Shown here piece by piece: positions 1 to 8,175 of a stretch of DNA of 52,179 bases (position 1 is the first letter of the stretch; each line of letters opens with the position of its first letter). A program made the translations under genes and the position numbers. The notes under the pieces were generated by a model. It saw only the letters and a list, made by a program, of their open reading frames with translations, was not told the DNA's origin and did not search any database. The stretch is from NCBI GenBank assembly GCA_043758495.1, contig JAYVNL010000015.1:1-52179 (forward strand), read 5' to 3'. The stretch comes from Rhizobacter sp. (GTDB lineage: Bacteria > Pseudomonadota > Gammaproteobacteria > Burkholderiales > Burkholderiaceae_C).

Positions 1-300
1 GTTCTCGCGCAGGATGACCGGGCCGACATGCAGCCCGGCACGCGCCATCAACAGCCTCGGCAGCGTCGCCAGGGCGCGGTGGTAAGCCATGGCGTAGGCG
101 ACGGCGTCGGCAGAGCTGTCGAAGAGCAGCAGCATGCCGTCGGTCTTGTCGATCTCGCGGCCGCGCCAAGGACCCAACAAGTCGCGGGAGACGCGGTCGT
201 GGGCGGCCCAGATTTCCGCCATCGCGCTGTCGCCGAGCGTCTGCGACAGGTGTGTGCTGTCGACCACGTCGGTCAGCAGCAAGGCCTTGATCGAGGTCAT
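1..300 (-). CDS. Class III adenylate/guanylate-cyclase-like domain protein, N-terminal part (runs off window start)
   Basis: Not in ORF track. Manual translation from ATG at 300: MTSIKALLLTDVVDSTHLSQTLGD...HDRVSRDLL...GREIDKTDGMLLLF...ARAGLHVGPVILREN, with cyclase motifs TDxxxST, DG and RxGLHxG. Confidence 0.85.
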   Translation of the reverse strand, partial: MTSIKALLLTDVVDSTHLSQTLGDSAMAEIWAAHDRVSRDLLGPWRGREIDKTDGMLLLFDSSADAVAYAMAYHRALATLPRLLMARAGLHVGPVILREN

Positions 301-396
301 GGCACAGCCGGCAGATGCAGCCCCGAAGCCCGGGGAGGTTTGGACATGGCAACGAGTCTACCTGTGGCTCGCCCGGTCAAGATGTCGTGCCGCGGG

Positions 397-1104
397 TCAG
401 GCCGAGGCGTCCTTCTTCGCCAGCTGCACCTGCAGCCGGGCGACGTCGGCCGACAGGCGGGCGGCGACCAGGCCGACCAGCTCGAAGCCGAACGAGGGGT
501 TTTGGAAGTAGAGCTGGCGCACCGTGCTCTGGTCGACGCTGAGGACGACGCAGTTCTCGCTGCAGCGCGCGGTCAGCGTGCGCCGGTTGTCGGGGGCGAA
601 GAAGGCGATCTCGCCGAACATCTGGCCGGGCCCGATGCTCTCGCCGATCTCGACGAACTCGACCCGCCCCTCGGCGAGGAGGTAGAGATGCTGGGCCCGC
701 TGGCCCTTGGCGAAGAGCAGCGTGCCGGCCTTGCAGCGCTTCGACTTCATGTAGGGCTTCAGCCAGACGCCGGAGGTGTCGGCCCGGCCGCTGGCCGCCC
801 GCACGCGCCGGGTCAGCTTCACCATCTCGAGCGAGCGGTAGAGGTTGATCGGCAGCAGCGAGCCTTGCAGCAGCGCCATCACGAGGGACGGATGGAGAAC
901 GCCGTACAGCAGGAAGCCGATGTTGCTGCCGACGGCGAGGAATCGCAGCGGCACCATCGTCCTGACGAACGAGCTGGTGAGCGTCAGGGCGCCCGCGATC
1001 ACGGCCGCGACCAGGGCCGTGATCTCCGCCGGCGACGCCAGCGCGCTCGCGACCGCGCTCGATCCGTATGCCATCGCCTGCCGGCCCATCTCCTCCAACG
1101 ACAT
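397..1104 (-). CDS. Membrane protein with C-terminal cyclic-nucleotide-binding domain (no HTH)
   Basis: About 3 hydrophobic helices (RTMVPLRFLAVGSNIGFLLYG), then a CNBD with FGEIAF...RRTLTA cassette. GGAGG RBS before ATG 1104. Confidence 0.85.
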   Translation of the reverse strand: MSLEEMGRQAMAYGSSAVASALASPAEITALVAAVIAGALTLTSSFVRTMVPLRFLAVGSNIGFLLYGVLHPSLVMALLQGSLLPINLYRSLEMVKLTRRVRAASGRADTSGVWLKPYMKSKRCKAGTLLFAKGQRAQHLYLLAEGRVEFVEIGESIGPGQMFGEIAFFAPDNRRTLTARCSENCVVLSVDQSTVRQLYFQNPSFGFELVGLVAARLSADVARLQVQLAKKDASA

Positions 1105-1203
1105 GGTGGTCCTCCGCACCGATCGATGCTGTCGGGCGGATCCATTCTCGTCTGCCGCCCGGGGCAGCGCCGCGGCGGGCGAGGGGTCGAAGCGGGGCCG
1201 CGC

Positions 1204-3822
1204 TCAGCGCTGCTTCGCCTTCTGGGACAACGTCGTGGCGACGTCGAGCTGGTTGAGAAGCGTCGTGTGGGTCGCGAAGGCATTGCCGAAGTCGCGCGCC
1301 TGGGCGGCGGCGTCGAACGCCGCGAAGGCGGCGGCGATGCCCAGCCCGCGGTCGATGCCCTTCACGACCACGAACCTGGCCACTGCATCGGTCATGGCCG
1401 CCCGCGTGTCGGCCACGAAGCGAAGGTAGCCGGCGCGGGTCTGCACTCTCGTCTTGAGCAGAGTTCGGGCAGCCTTCAGCACGTCCGAAGCGCTGGCGAT
1501 CGCGAAGACCGCGACCAGCCGCCGCATCGTGGCAGCGTCGAGCAGCAGCAGCTCCCGCAGCGCGCGTGCCGTCGTGGCGGAGATCACGGCGATCCGGCAG
1601 CCGTTGACGATCTTGCCGTCGACTTCCTCGAGCAGGTCGACCGGAAGCTGCGCGTTGGTCGCGGCCTTGAACGAGTCCATTCGGAACGCGACCCAGCGCG
1701 ACTCGCCCGGCTTCATCGCCAGCAGCGACACGCGGGTCTCCGGCACGAACGGCACCGACTGGCCACCGCCCTGCACTTCGAGGGTCGGTTTGCCGATGGC
1801 GCGCAGCGACCCCGGATCGGCGCGCAGCTGCAGCACGAAATCGCGCACCTTCGTCGACGCATTGCGGACGACGGCATAGTGCGCCGACCCGAAGCCCGCC
1901 AGCCCGTAGTGCACGGACATGTTGCGCTGCGCCTTGTTGTTGTCGTTGATGACCATCAGGTCGGTGGTCGGCCAGCCCGGCGTGTTGCCGTTGAGGCCCG
2001 GCGCCACGAACGGATCGTCGACGGTCGCGACCTGCACGCCGAGGCAGAGGTGGGTCGACGAGGTCGGGGCCAGCGTCCACGGCGCCGTCGCGATGACGCT
2101 GAGGTCGGCGGCAGCGAAGCTCGCCGTGGCGGTCGCGACCGACGCATAGGCGCTGCCGGTGCCGAACTCGGCGACCAGGAATTCCACGGCCACGTTTGCG
2201 GCGGCACCGGCGGCGTTGCGCGAGACGCGGGCGAACGCGAAGTTGCCGGCGCCGTTCTGGGGGTCCTCGTTCTGCGGCTGATCTGCGACGAAGCTCGGCG
2301 CTGCATTGCTGCGCTGGTTCCAGACGTCGCTGGTGGCGTAGAAGACCGGGTTCGTCGACGGCTCGATGCCGGTGTCGTGGAGTGCGGCGTTCGTGGTCCA
2401 GTCGCGCACATAGAAGTCGGACTTCGCGGGTCCGTCGATCGCGGTGACCTTGAAGAAGAACGGGTCGATCGACGGCGCCACGACCGTGACGCCGTTGAGC
2501 GCGAACAGCTTCTTGGCGGCGAAGTCGTGGTTGCGAAGGTAGGTCACGCCCTGCGGGAAGTTGGCCAGGTCGGGCGTGTTCGCGGCGCTGAAGATGCCGT
2601 AGAAATCCTTGCCGACGGCCATCATGTGGACGTAGTCGCCGAGATAGGGCGAGAACGTGCGCGCCGGCGCCTGCGACAGCGTCGTGCAGAGGACGCTGTC
2701 GCTCCAGGTCGTGCCGTTGCTCGACTGCCGCAGATGCGTTTCCCAGCGTTGCGTCGTGCCGCTGCCGGTGAACTGCTGGTAAATCATCGCGACGCTGCCG
2801 AGGCTGTTGATCGCGAGCGCCCCGTTCTTGGCGTTGCCTGCCGTGAGCAGCACCGCCGACCAGGTCACACCCCGATCGAGCGAGCGCACCACATGCAGCG
2901 TGTACGAGCTTGCAACCACGTTCGTGTAGGCGAGGTAGATGACCGAGCTGTTGCGTGGATCGACGGCGATGCTGATGTCGCCGCCCCAGCGCTCCTGGCC
3001 GTTGGCGGCGACGCCGGTCTGGTTGAACGGAAAAGTGAGTGCCGTGGCGACGCGGCGGCCGGCCAGGCCGTCGGCGTCGACGAGGGCGCTGTAGGGCGTG
3101 GCGCCGCTGCCCCAGGCGTCGTCGCGGACGACGATCGCCTCCGCGTTGGTGACGACGAAGGTGTTGGCCGGGAAGCTGCCGCTGGTCGTGATCCAGCGGT
3201 AGAACGCCGCGTAGATCGTGCCGTCGCCATGGACGGCCGGCCGCACCTGAGGGCCGTTCTGGCCGGAGGTGCTGCGCTTCTCGAGCCGCACCGACGCGAA
3301 GGTCGGTGCAGCAGCGCCGCCGTCGAGCGTCTGCTCCATGGTGGCGGTCTTGCCGCTGCCTGCGTTGAAGTCGTTGACGCCGATGTAGACACGGTCGGTG
3401 CCGGCGCCGGCGCCACCCATTACGGTCGCCGCCTGAAGGTAGGGCTGGTCCTCGTTGGCTCGCGTTTCGAGCGTCGTCATGACCGCGGCGCTGGTGGCAT
3501 CGGCGGTGCGATGGACCTCGAAGGCGCCGGTGCCGCCGTCGAGGATCGACGTGAAGAGGCGGTTCGAGGTGCCGGCAAAGCGCAGCGTGATGTCGCTGGT
3601 GCCGATGCTGCCTGCGCTCGGCACGATGGTGTTCAGCGACCAGGTGGCGCCGCCGTCGTTCGAGAGATAGATCGGCGCGTTGGCGCCGCCCATCGGGTCG
3701 GGGGTGAATGCCGACGCAGCGATCTGTTTCGGATTGGCCGGATTGACAGCGAGGTTCGGCTCGCTGTCCTGGTTGGTCTCGCCGCTGAGCGATTGCGGCG
3801 TGATGTTGACGACGGTGATCAT
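1204..3822 (-). CDS. Large hypothetical protein: Asp-box (BNR/sialidase-like) beta-propeller, Ig-like domain and helical C-terminus
   Basis: 872 aa with GGAGG RBS. Asp-boxes LSNDGGATWS, RSLDRGVTWS, QSSNGTTWS; module DFYVRDW..DTGIEP...SDVW...HLCL...NNKAQRN. Confidence 0.8.
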   Translation of the reverse strand: MITVVNITPQSLSGETNQDSEPNLAVNPANPKQIAASAFTPDPMGGANAPIYLSNDGGATWSLNTIVPSAGSIGTSDITLRFAGTSNRLFTSILDGGTGAFEVHRTADATSAAVMTTLETRANEDQPYLQAATVMGGAGAGTDRVYIGVNDFNAGSGKTATMEQTLDGGAAAPTFASVRLEKRSTSGQNGPQVRPAVHGDGTIYAAFYRWITTSGSFPANTFVVTNAEAIVVRDDAWGSGATPYSALVDADGLAGRRVATALTFPFNQTGVAANGQERWGGDISIAVDPRNSSVIYLAYTNVVASSYTLHVVRSLDRGVTWSAVLLTAGNAKNGALAINSLGSVAMIYQQFTGSGTTQRWETHLRQSSNGTTWSDSVLCTTLSQAPARTFSPYLGDYVHMMAVGKDFYGIFSAANTPDLANFPQGVTYLRNHDFAAKKLFALNGVTVVAPSIDPFFFKVTAIDGPAKSDFYVRDWTTNAALHDTGIEPSTNPVFYATSDVWNQRSNAAPSFVADQPQNEDPQNGAGNFAFARVSRNAAGAAANVAVEFLVAEFGTGSAYASVATATASFAAADLSVIATAPWTLAPTSSTHLCLGVQVATVDDPFVAPGLNGNTPGWPTTDLMVINDNNKAQRNMSVHYGLAGFGSAHYAVVRNASTKVRDFVLQLRADPGSLRAIGKPTLEVQGGGQSVPFVPETRVSLLAMKPGESRWVAFRMDSFKAATNAQLPVDLLEEVDGKIVNGCRIAVISATTARALRELLLLDAATMRRLVAVFAIASASDVLKAARTLLKTRVQTRAGYLRFVADTRAAMTDAVARFVVVKGIDRGLGIAAAFAAFDAAAQARDFGNAFATHTTLLNQLDVATTLSQKAKQR

Positions 3823-3851
3823 CGGTGCCTCCCGCTTGCCCGTGACTGCGG

Positions 3852-4616
3852 CTACTTCTTCAGCAAGGCCTTGATGCGGCCGAGCTCGTCGAGCGAGAGG
3901 AAATCGGCGGAGTGAGCCGCGGTGAGCGCATCGCCGGCCGCCGCGATCGCCGGGAATGCCTTGGTGGCGATGCCGGCCGCGTCCTGCGTGGCCGCCTTGT
4001 GCAGCAACCAGATGCCTTGCTGGCCGATGGCGTACTTGGCGACCTTGTGCCAGCGCACGTCATCGCTGCGCGGGAACAGCACCTTGACCTGCTTGGTGCC
4101 CTTCTTGCCCTTGACGACCTCGTCGACCTTGATCGTGGCCTCGTGCCAGACCGGATCGTGCTCGCTGATCCGGGTCGTCTGCAGGCCTGCGGCCTCGACC
4201 GAGGTGACTTCGCCAACGACGCCGATCTCGGCCGACTTCAGGCGCGCCTTCAGCACCGCGTCCTTGCTGTCGGCGCGGGCGCCGCGCAGGCTCACGGCGG
4301 CGACCGGCTTGCTCGACTCGGCACGAACGTCGACGGCGTCGACGGCGATGCCCTGGCCGTAGATCCAGCCCTTCGTGAAGAAGGTCAACGTGGCGCCGCG
4401 GGCGGCAATCGGCAGCTTCGCGAACCGCACCGTGATCTGGGCACCGGTCACCGCCGCGAACATCGCCGGCGAGCTGACGACGTGGTCGACCTGGACGATC
4501 GCCGTGCGGTCGCAAGCGATGTCCGGCAGCGTCGCTGCGTTGAGCTTGACGATGCGGCCGGTAAAGACGAAGGGCGTCGGCTCGGCCGACTTACGGGTTT
4601 TCTGTCGAGTGACCAT
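3852..4616 (-). CDS. Hypothetical protein with two tandem OB/TIMP-like beta domains
   Basis: Start MVTRQK at 4616 with GGGAG RBS. Internal repeat FVFTGRIVKL..IVQVDHVV / IGVVGEVTSV..TIKVDEVVKG. Confidence 0.75.
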   Translation of the reverse strand: MVTRQKTRKSAEPTPFVFTGRIVKLNAATLPDIACDRTAIVQVDHVVSSPAMFAAVTGAQITVRFAKLPIAARGATLTFFTKGWIYGQGIAVDAVDVRAESSKPVAAVSLRGARADSKDAVLKARLKSAEIGVVGEVTSVEAAGLQTTRISEHDPVWHEATIKVDEVVKGKKGTKQVKVLFPRSDDVRWHKVAKYAIGQQGIWLLHKAATQDAAGIATKAFPAIAAAGDALTAAHSADFLSLDELGRIKALLKK

Positions 4617-4657
4617 GGCGGTGCTCCCGATGGATTGCGTGTGCGTGAGTCGGCCGA

Positions 4658-4897
4658 TCAGCCGGCGCGTCTCGAATGGCGCCAGCCGATGCGGCCGGCA
4701 TCGACGAACAGCATCAGGGTGGCGACAGCGAGCGCTGCCGCGAGGCCCCACTCGGCCGAACCGTCGCCGCCGTCGGGCGCGAGGTCGAACAGGCGCTCGA
4801 ACCAGTCGGGCGCGGCCAGCGTCAGCGCCAGCGCCGCAGCGCTCACGGCCCCGAGGATCGCTTCGAACCGGAATCGCTTCGGCAGGGGTCGTGGCAT
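4658..4897 (-). CDS. Small two-TM membrane protein (DW-ER-F...PDGGDGSAEW loop)
   Basis: 79 aa from ATG 4897 with GGGAG RBS; two hydrophobic segments flank an acidic Gly-rich loop. Confidence 0.65.
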   Translation of the reverse strand: MPRPLPKRFRFEAILGAVSAAALALTLAAPDWFERLFDLAPDGGDGSAEWGLAAALAVATLMLFVDAGRIGWRHSRRAG

Positions 4898-5002
4898 GGC
4901 GGGCTCCCGGGAGACACGCAGGTGTCCCACTTTCGGCCCGCCAGGTCAATCGTCAAGTTTGCAGACGCGGGCGCATCGCCTGCGCCCTGCTTCGCCCGGC
5001 CC

Positions 5003-5497
5003 TCAGTTGCCGGCGCGCACCAGCCGCAGCGGAAACTTCGCCTGGCCGCTGTTGCCGATCACCTTGCCGTTGGCGAAGCTGACGAGCCAGGCGTTGAGGT
5101 CGTCGGAGCTGCCTTCGCGGGTGGCCCAGAACAGCGTCGACGGCGTCTCCGGAAAGGCGACGGCGTCGATCCGCGGCTTCTTCTTCGCGGCCTTGTCGAC
5201 GATGCCGACCAGTTCCTCGCGGCTCGGGATGCGCCAGCCGCCGGCACCGGCCGAAGCCATCGCCTTCTTCGCAGCGGCGAAGCTGAATTTCGCAACCTTG
5301 CCGCTGCAGGTCTGGCCCGCCCACTGCATGCCTTCCGGGCAGCGGCGCCAGGTCAGTTTGGTGCTCGTGTCGAGCACCTCCTGGCCGTCGCCCGAAACCT
5401 TGAAGCGGTCCTGCGCGAAGCTGGAGGCGGCCGCGAAGGCGAGCAGGCTCGCAAGCGCGAGCGTGCGCGGGCGGGCGGCAAAAGACGGCAATGTCAT
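5003..5497 (-). CDS. Secreted DUF1566 (Lcl C-terminal-like) domain protein
   Basis: Signal peptide (…AASSFA|QD); motifs VLDxxTKLTWRRC, WRIPSREEL, FWAT, LRLVR. Confidence 0.85.
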   Translation of the reverse strand: MTLPSFAARPRTLALASLLAFAAASSFAQDRFKVSGDGQEVLDTSTKLTWRRCPEGMQWAGQTCSGKVAKFSFAAAKKAMASAGAGGWRIPSREELVGIVDKAAKKKPRIDAVAFPETPSTLFWATREGSSDDLNAWLVSFANGKVIGNSGQAKFPLRLVRAGN

Positions 5498-5606
5498 GGC
5501 GATTCCCCGGGCTTGGACAAGGCGTGCGAGCGACGGCAGCCGGCAGCGGCGCGGGTCGAGCGCGAACGGCTGCGATCTTAAGCGGCACGCCGGTCGCCGG
5601 CCAGGT

Positions 5607-6815
5607 TCACTCGAGCGAGCCTGCACCCATCAGCGCCCGCAGCTGGGCGCGATTGATCTCTGCGACGCTCATCAGCAGATGCTCGGCGGCCTCGCGGTAT
5701 TCGAACACCGACTCGCCCTCGGCAGCGCGCACCATCGCCAGGTAGGGCTGGAACGGGCCGGTGTCCTTGACCAGCGCCTGGTACACGCGCTCGGGCACCG
5801 GGATCGAGCCGAGCAGTTTGGCGAAGCTCTCCTGGAACATGCGATCGAGCAGCGAGAACACGCCGCAGATGAAGACCTCGCTCCTCATCTCCTCGTCGCC
5901 GCTGCCGGCGACCAGCTCTTCCATCAGCAGGCCGCGGCGCACGGCAGCAAACATGACCGGTCGCAAGTTCACGTCCTTGCTGGCGGTGGCCAGCAGGAGC
6001 GCCAGCCAGCGCTTCAGGCGCTGGTAACCGAGCAGCATGATGGCGTGCCGGAACGAGCTGATCTCGACGCGAAGGCCGAACGCCGGCGAGTTGATGTAGC
6101 GCAGCAGCTTGAAGGCCAGCGACGGGTCGCGCTTCAAGGTGTTCTCGAGCCGCTCGATCGGGTCTTCGTTGTCGACCCGCCGGATCAGCTCGACGATCAC
6201 CTGCAGGTCGGGCTGCGCCGTCGGCTTGCCGGTGCGTGCGGCGGTGGCGCTGATGGCGTCGTCGATCGGCCAGCCGAGCACGGCGTGGGCACCGCGCGCG
6301 AAGGCGCCTTCCATCTCGGCCACCGTGCGCACACCCGACTGCACGTGGGCGATCGAGCGGACGACGCCGGCCGGCGCCTCGGCGCGGTCACCGACACGGC
6401 GCTCGTCGGCGAGGTCGATGATCGAATACTTGAAGCACGGCAGCACCGCGCGCGGCAGCTCGGCGTTCGGCCGGCCCTTCAGCAGCAGCGTGTTGCCGGC
6501 GCCATGAAGGCGGGTGAGCGAGTCGATGTTGGCCGGGTCCGAGGCCATGAAGTTCGGGACCTCGACCATGAGGTTGGCCGACGGGCTCGCCAAGAGCAGG
6601 TCGTGGAGCAGGCTCTCGCTGACGACGTTGAGCGAGACGTTGCTGCCCGAGGCCGGCCAGACATCGCCGACAGCGTGGAGCAGCTGGGCGACATCGAGCG
6701 TCGCATCGGGTCGCAGCGGGAAGACCGAGAGGCGCGTTGCCGCGACCGTGCGGTTGCGATCGATGAAGGGCGAATAGCCAAGAGCCACCTGGCCGAGGAT
6801 CGCGACGTCGAGCAA
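5607..6815 (-). CDS. Degenerate-EAL/HDOD domain protein (YuxH-like)
   Basis: TTG start with GAGGA RBS; HDOD signature DPSLAFKLLRYINSPAFG..ISSFRHAIMLLG and F.CGVFSLLD. Confidence 0.85.
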   Translation of the reverse strand: MLDVAILGQVALGYSPFIDRNRTVAATRLSVFPLRPDATLDVAQLLHAVGDVWPASGSNVSLNVVSESLLHDLLLASPSANLMVEVPNFMASDPANIDSLTRLHGAGNTLLLKGRPNAELPRAVLPCFKYSIIDLADERRVGDRAEAPAGVVRSIAHVQSGVRTVAEMEGAFARGAHAVLGWPIDDAISATAARTGKPTAQPDLQVIVELIRRVDNEDPIERLENTLKRDPSLAFKLLRYINSPAFGLRVEISSFRHAIMLLGYQRLKRWLALLLATASKDVNLRPVMFAAVRRGLLMEELVAGSGDEEMRSEVFICGVFSLLDRMFQESFAKLLGSIPVPERVYQALVKDTGPFQPYLAMVRAAEGESVFEYREAAEHLLMSVAEINRAQLRALMGAGSLE

Positions 6816-6872
6816 GTCAGTCCTCGCCTGTCTTCTTGAACGAAGTGAAAAATCTCTGCGCCGGCGCCGCGC

Positions 6873-8072
6873 TCAGCCGCCGTTCACGTACTGGAACAGC
6901 GACAAGCGCTGCACCATTGCGTACGACTTCAGCGCTGCATCGTAGCCGTTCTGCTTGTTCTGAAAGTCGGAGATGGCGTGCACCATGTCCACATCTTCTG
7001 CGTTCGATCGCTCTGTCTGGCCGGCCAGCTTTTGATTGCCGAGTCGGTCGGTCTCGCTGTCGATGCGGTTGAGGACGGCGCCGGCCGCGGCCCGCGCCGT
7101 CTGCAGGTTGCCGAGCACGGAGTCGACATCGCGCAGGCTGTCGGCGTTGGCCTGGGCCAGCTGCGAACCGGTCCGGTTCGCGGCCGAGAGGCCGGCGATC
7201 GCCTTGTCGAGCGTGGCGAACACCGACAGGGTCGGCGTCGACGGCGCCAGCGCGAAAGCGTCGCCGCTCGCCGGCGTGCCGCTCACGGAAACGGTCATGC
7301 CGTCGACGGTGATGGCCTGGCCCGACACGTACGGTGCCGCGGTCACCGCCGTCGGCAGGCCGTTCTTGAGGACGGCGTACGTTGTTGTCGTGCCGGCGAC
7401 GCTGAACTGCACGGAATAGGAAGCGCCGGTGAGTCCGCTCGGGTTCGAGACGTGGCCGTTGTCGATCGTGGCGCCGGTGACGGATGCCGCCGCGCTCGTC
7501 ACGAAGACCCCGTTGCCGGTGCGCGCCGACAGCCACGACGCCTGGCCGTCGGTGGTCAGCGGCAGCCCGGTCGTCGCTTCGGTCAGCATTTGTCCGGGGG
7601 CGCCGGCATAGCGGATGCCGGTGGCGGTGTCGATGAACGGCTTCTGGATCGCGCCCTGGCCGCCGAAAAGATAGGTGCCGGCGCCGTCGTCCTGGTTGGC
7701 GGTGGCGAGCAACTGGTCGCGCAACGATTGCAGCTCATTGGCGATCGACTTGCGATCGCTGTCGCTGTAGCTCGAGTTGCCCGCCGAGACCACCAGCTCG
7801 CGGGCGCGCTGGAGCAGCGAGCTGGCGCTGCCGAGCGTGCTTTCGGTCTGCGTCATGGCGTCGCGGCTGGCCTCGACGGCGCGCTGGCTGGTGTCGGCGC
7901 GGCCGATCGCCGCTGTCGCCCGCTCGGCACGTGCCGCCGCGGCCGGGTCGTCGCTGGCGCGGGCGACGCGCTTGCCGCTCGACAGCTGCTCCTGAAGCGA
8001 GGCGAGGTCGGCCTGGCGACGCGTCAGAGTGTCGATGCCGGCGTCGAAGGCGTTGGCGGTGCTGATGCGCAT
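6873..8072 (-). CDS. flgL: Flagellar hook-associated protein 3
   Basis: MRIST…QLSSGKRVARASDDP…LSLFQY; follows flgK. Confidence 0.95.
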   Translation of the reverse strand: MRISTANAFDAGIDTLTRRQADLASLQEQLSSGKRVARASDDPAAAARAERATAAIGRADTSQRAVEASRDAMTQTESTLGSASSLLQRARELVVSAGNSSYSDSDRKSIANELQSLRDQLLATANQDDGAGTYLFGGQGAIQKPFIDTATGIRYAGAPGQMLTEATTGLPLTTDGQASWLSARTGNGVFVTSAAASVTGATIDNGHVSNPSGLTGASYSVQFSVAGTTTTYAVLKNGLPTAVTAAPYVSGQAITVDGMTVSVSGTPASGDAFALAPSTPTLSVFATLDKAIAGLSAANRTGSQLAQANADSLRDVDSVLGNLQTARAAAGAVLNRIDSETDRLGNQKLAGQTERSNAEDVDMVHAISDFQNKQNGYDAALKSYAMVQRLSLFQYVNGG

Positions 8073-8094
8073 GGTGGTCTTCTCAGTGGGGGAA

Positions 8095-8170
8095 CGGCCG
8101 GGCGGCGGGCGGCCCCAAGACCGGCCGCGCCCCCGCCGGGGGCAGCGAACGTATCCGCGAACGTGCGGGC
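8095..8170. repeat. REP-like intergenic repeat, copy 1
   Basis: CGGCCGGGCG..GGGC(G/C)GCC..CCGGCCGCGCCCCC..CGGGGGCAGCGAACGTA.CCG.GA.CGTG, closely matching 15836-15911; GC hairpin core. Confidence 0.8.
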
Positions 8171-8175
8171 CCCAC

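Noticed and set aside
1-1104. Calling the cyclase + TM-CNBD pair a Pycsar system
   Set aside because: Gene order, the separate cyclase promoter and the motifs do not clearly match PycC/PycTM; kept only as an analogy.
28-6839. Very long + strand ORFs (28..3915, 3912..6839) and similar ones such as 29545..31515 and 36906..39200
   Set aside because: Antisense or off-frame shadows of real genes in high-GC DNA; Arg/Gly/Ala-rich with no motifs.
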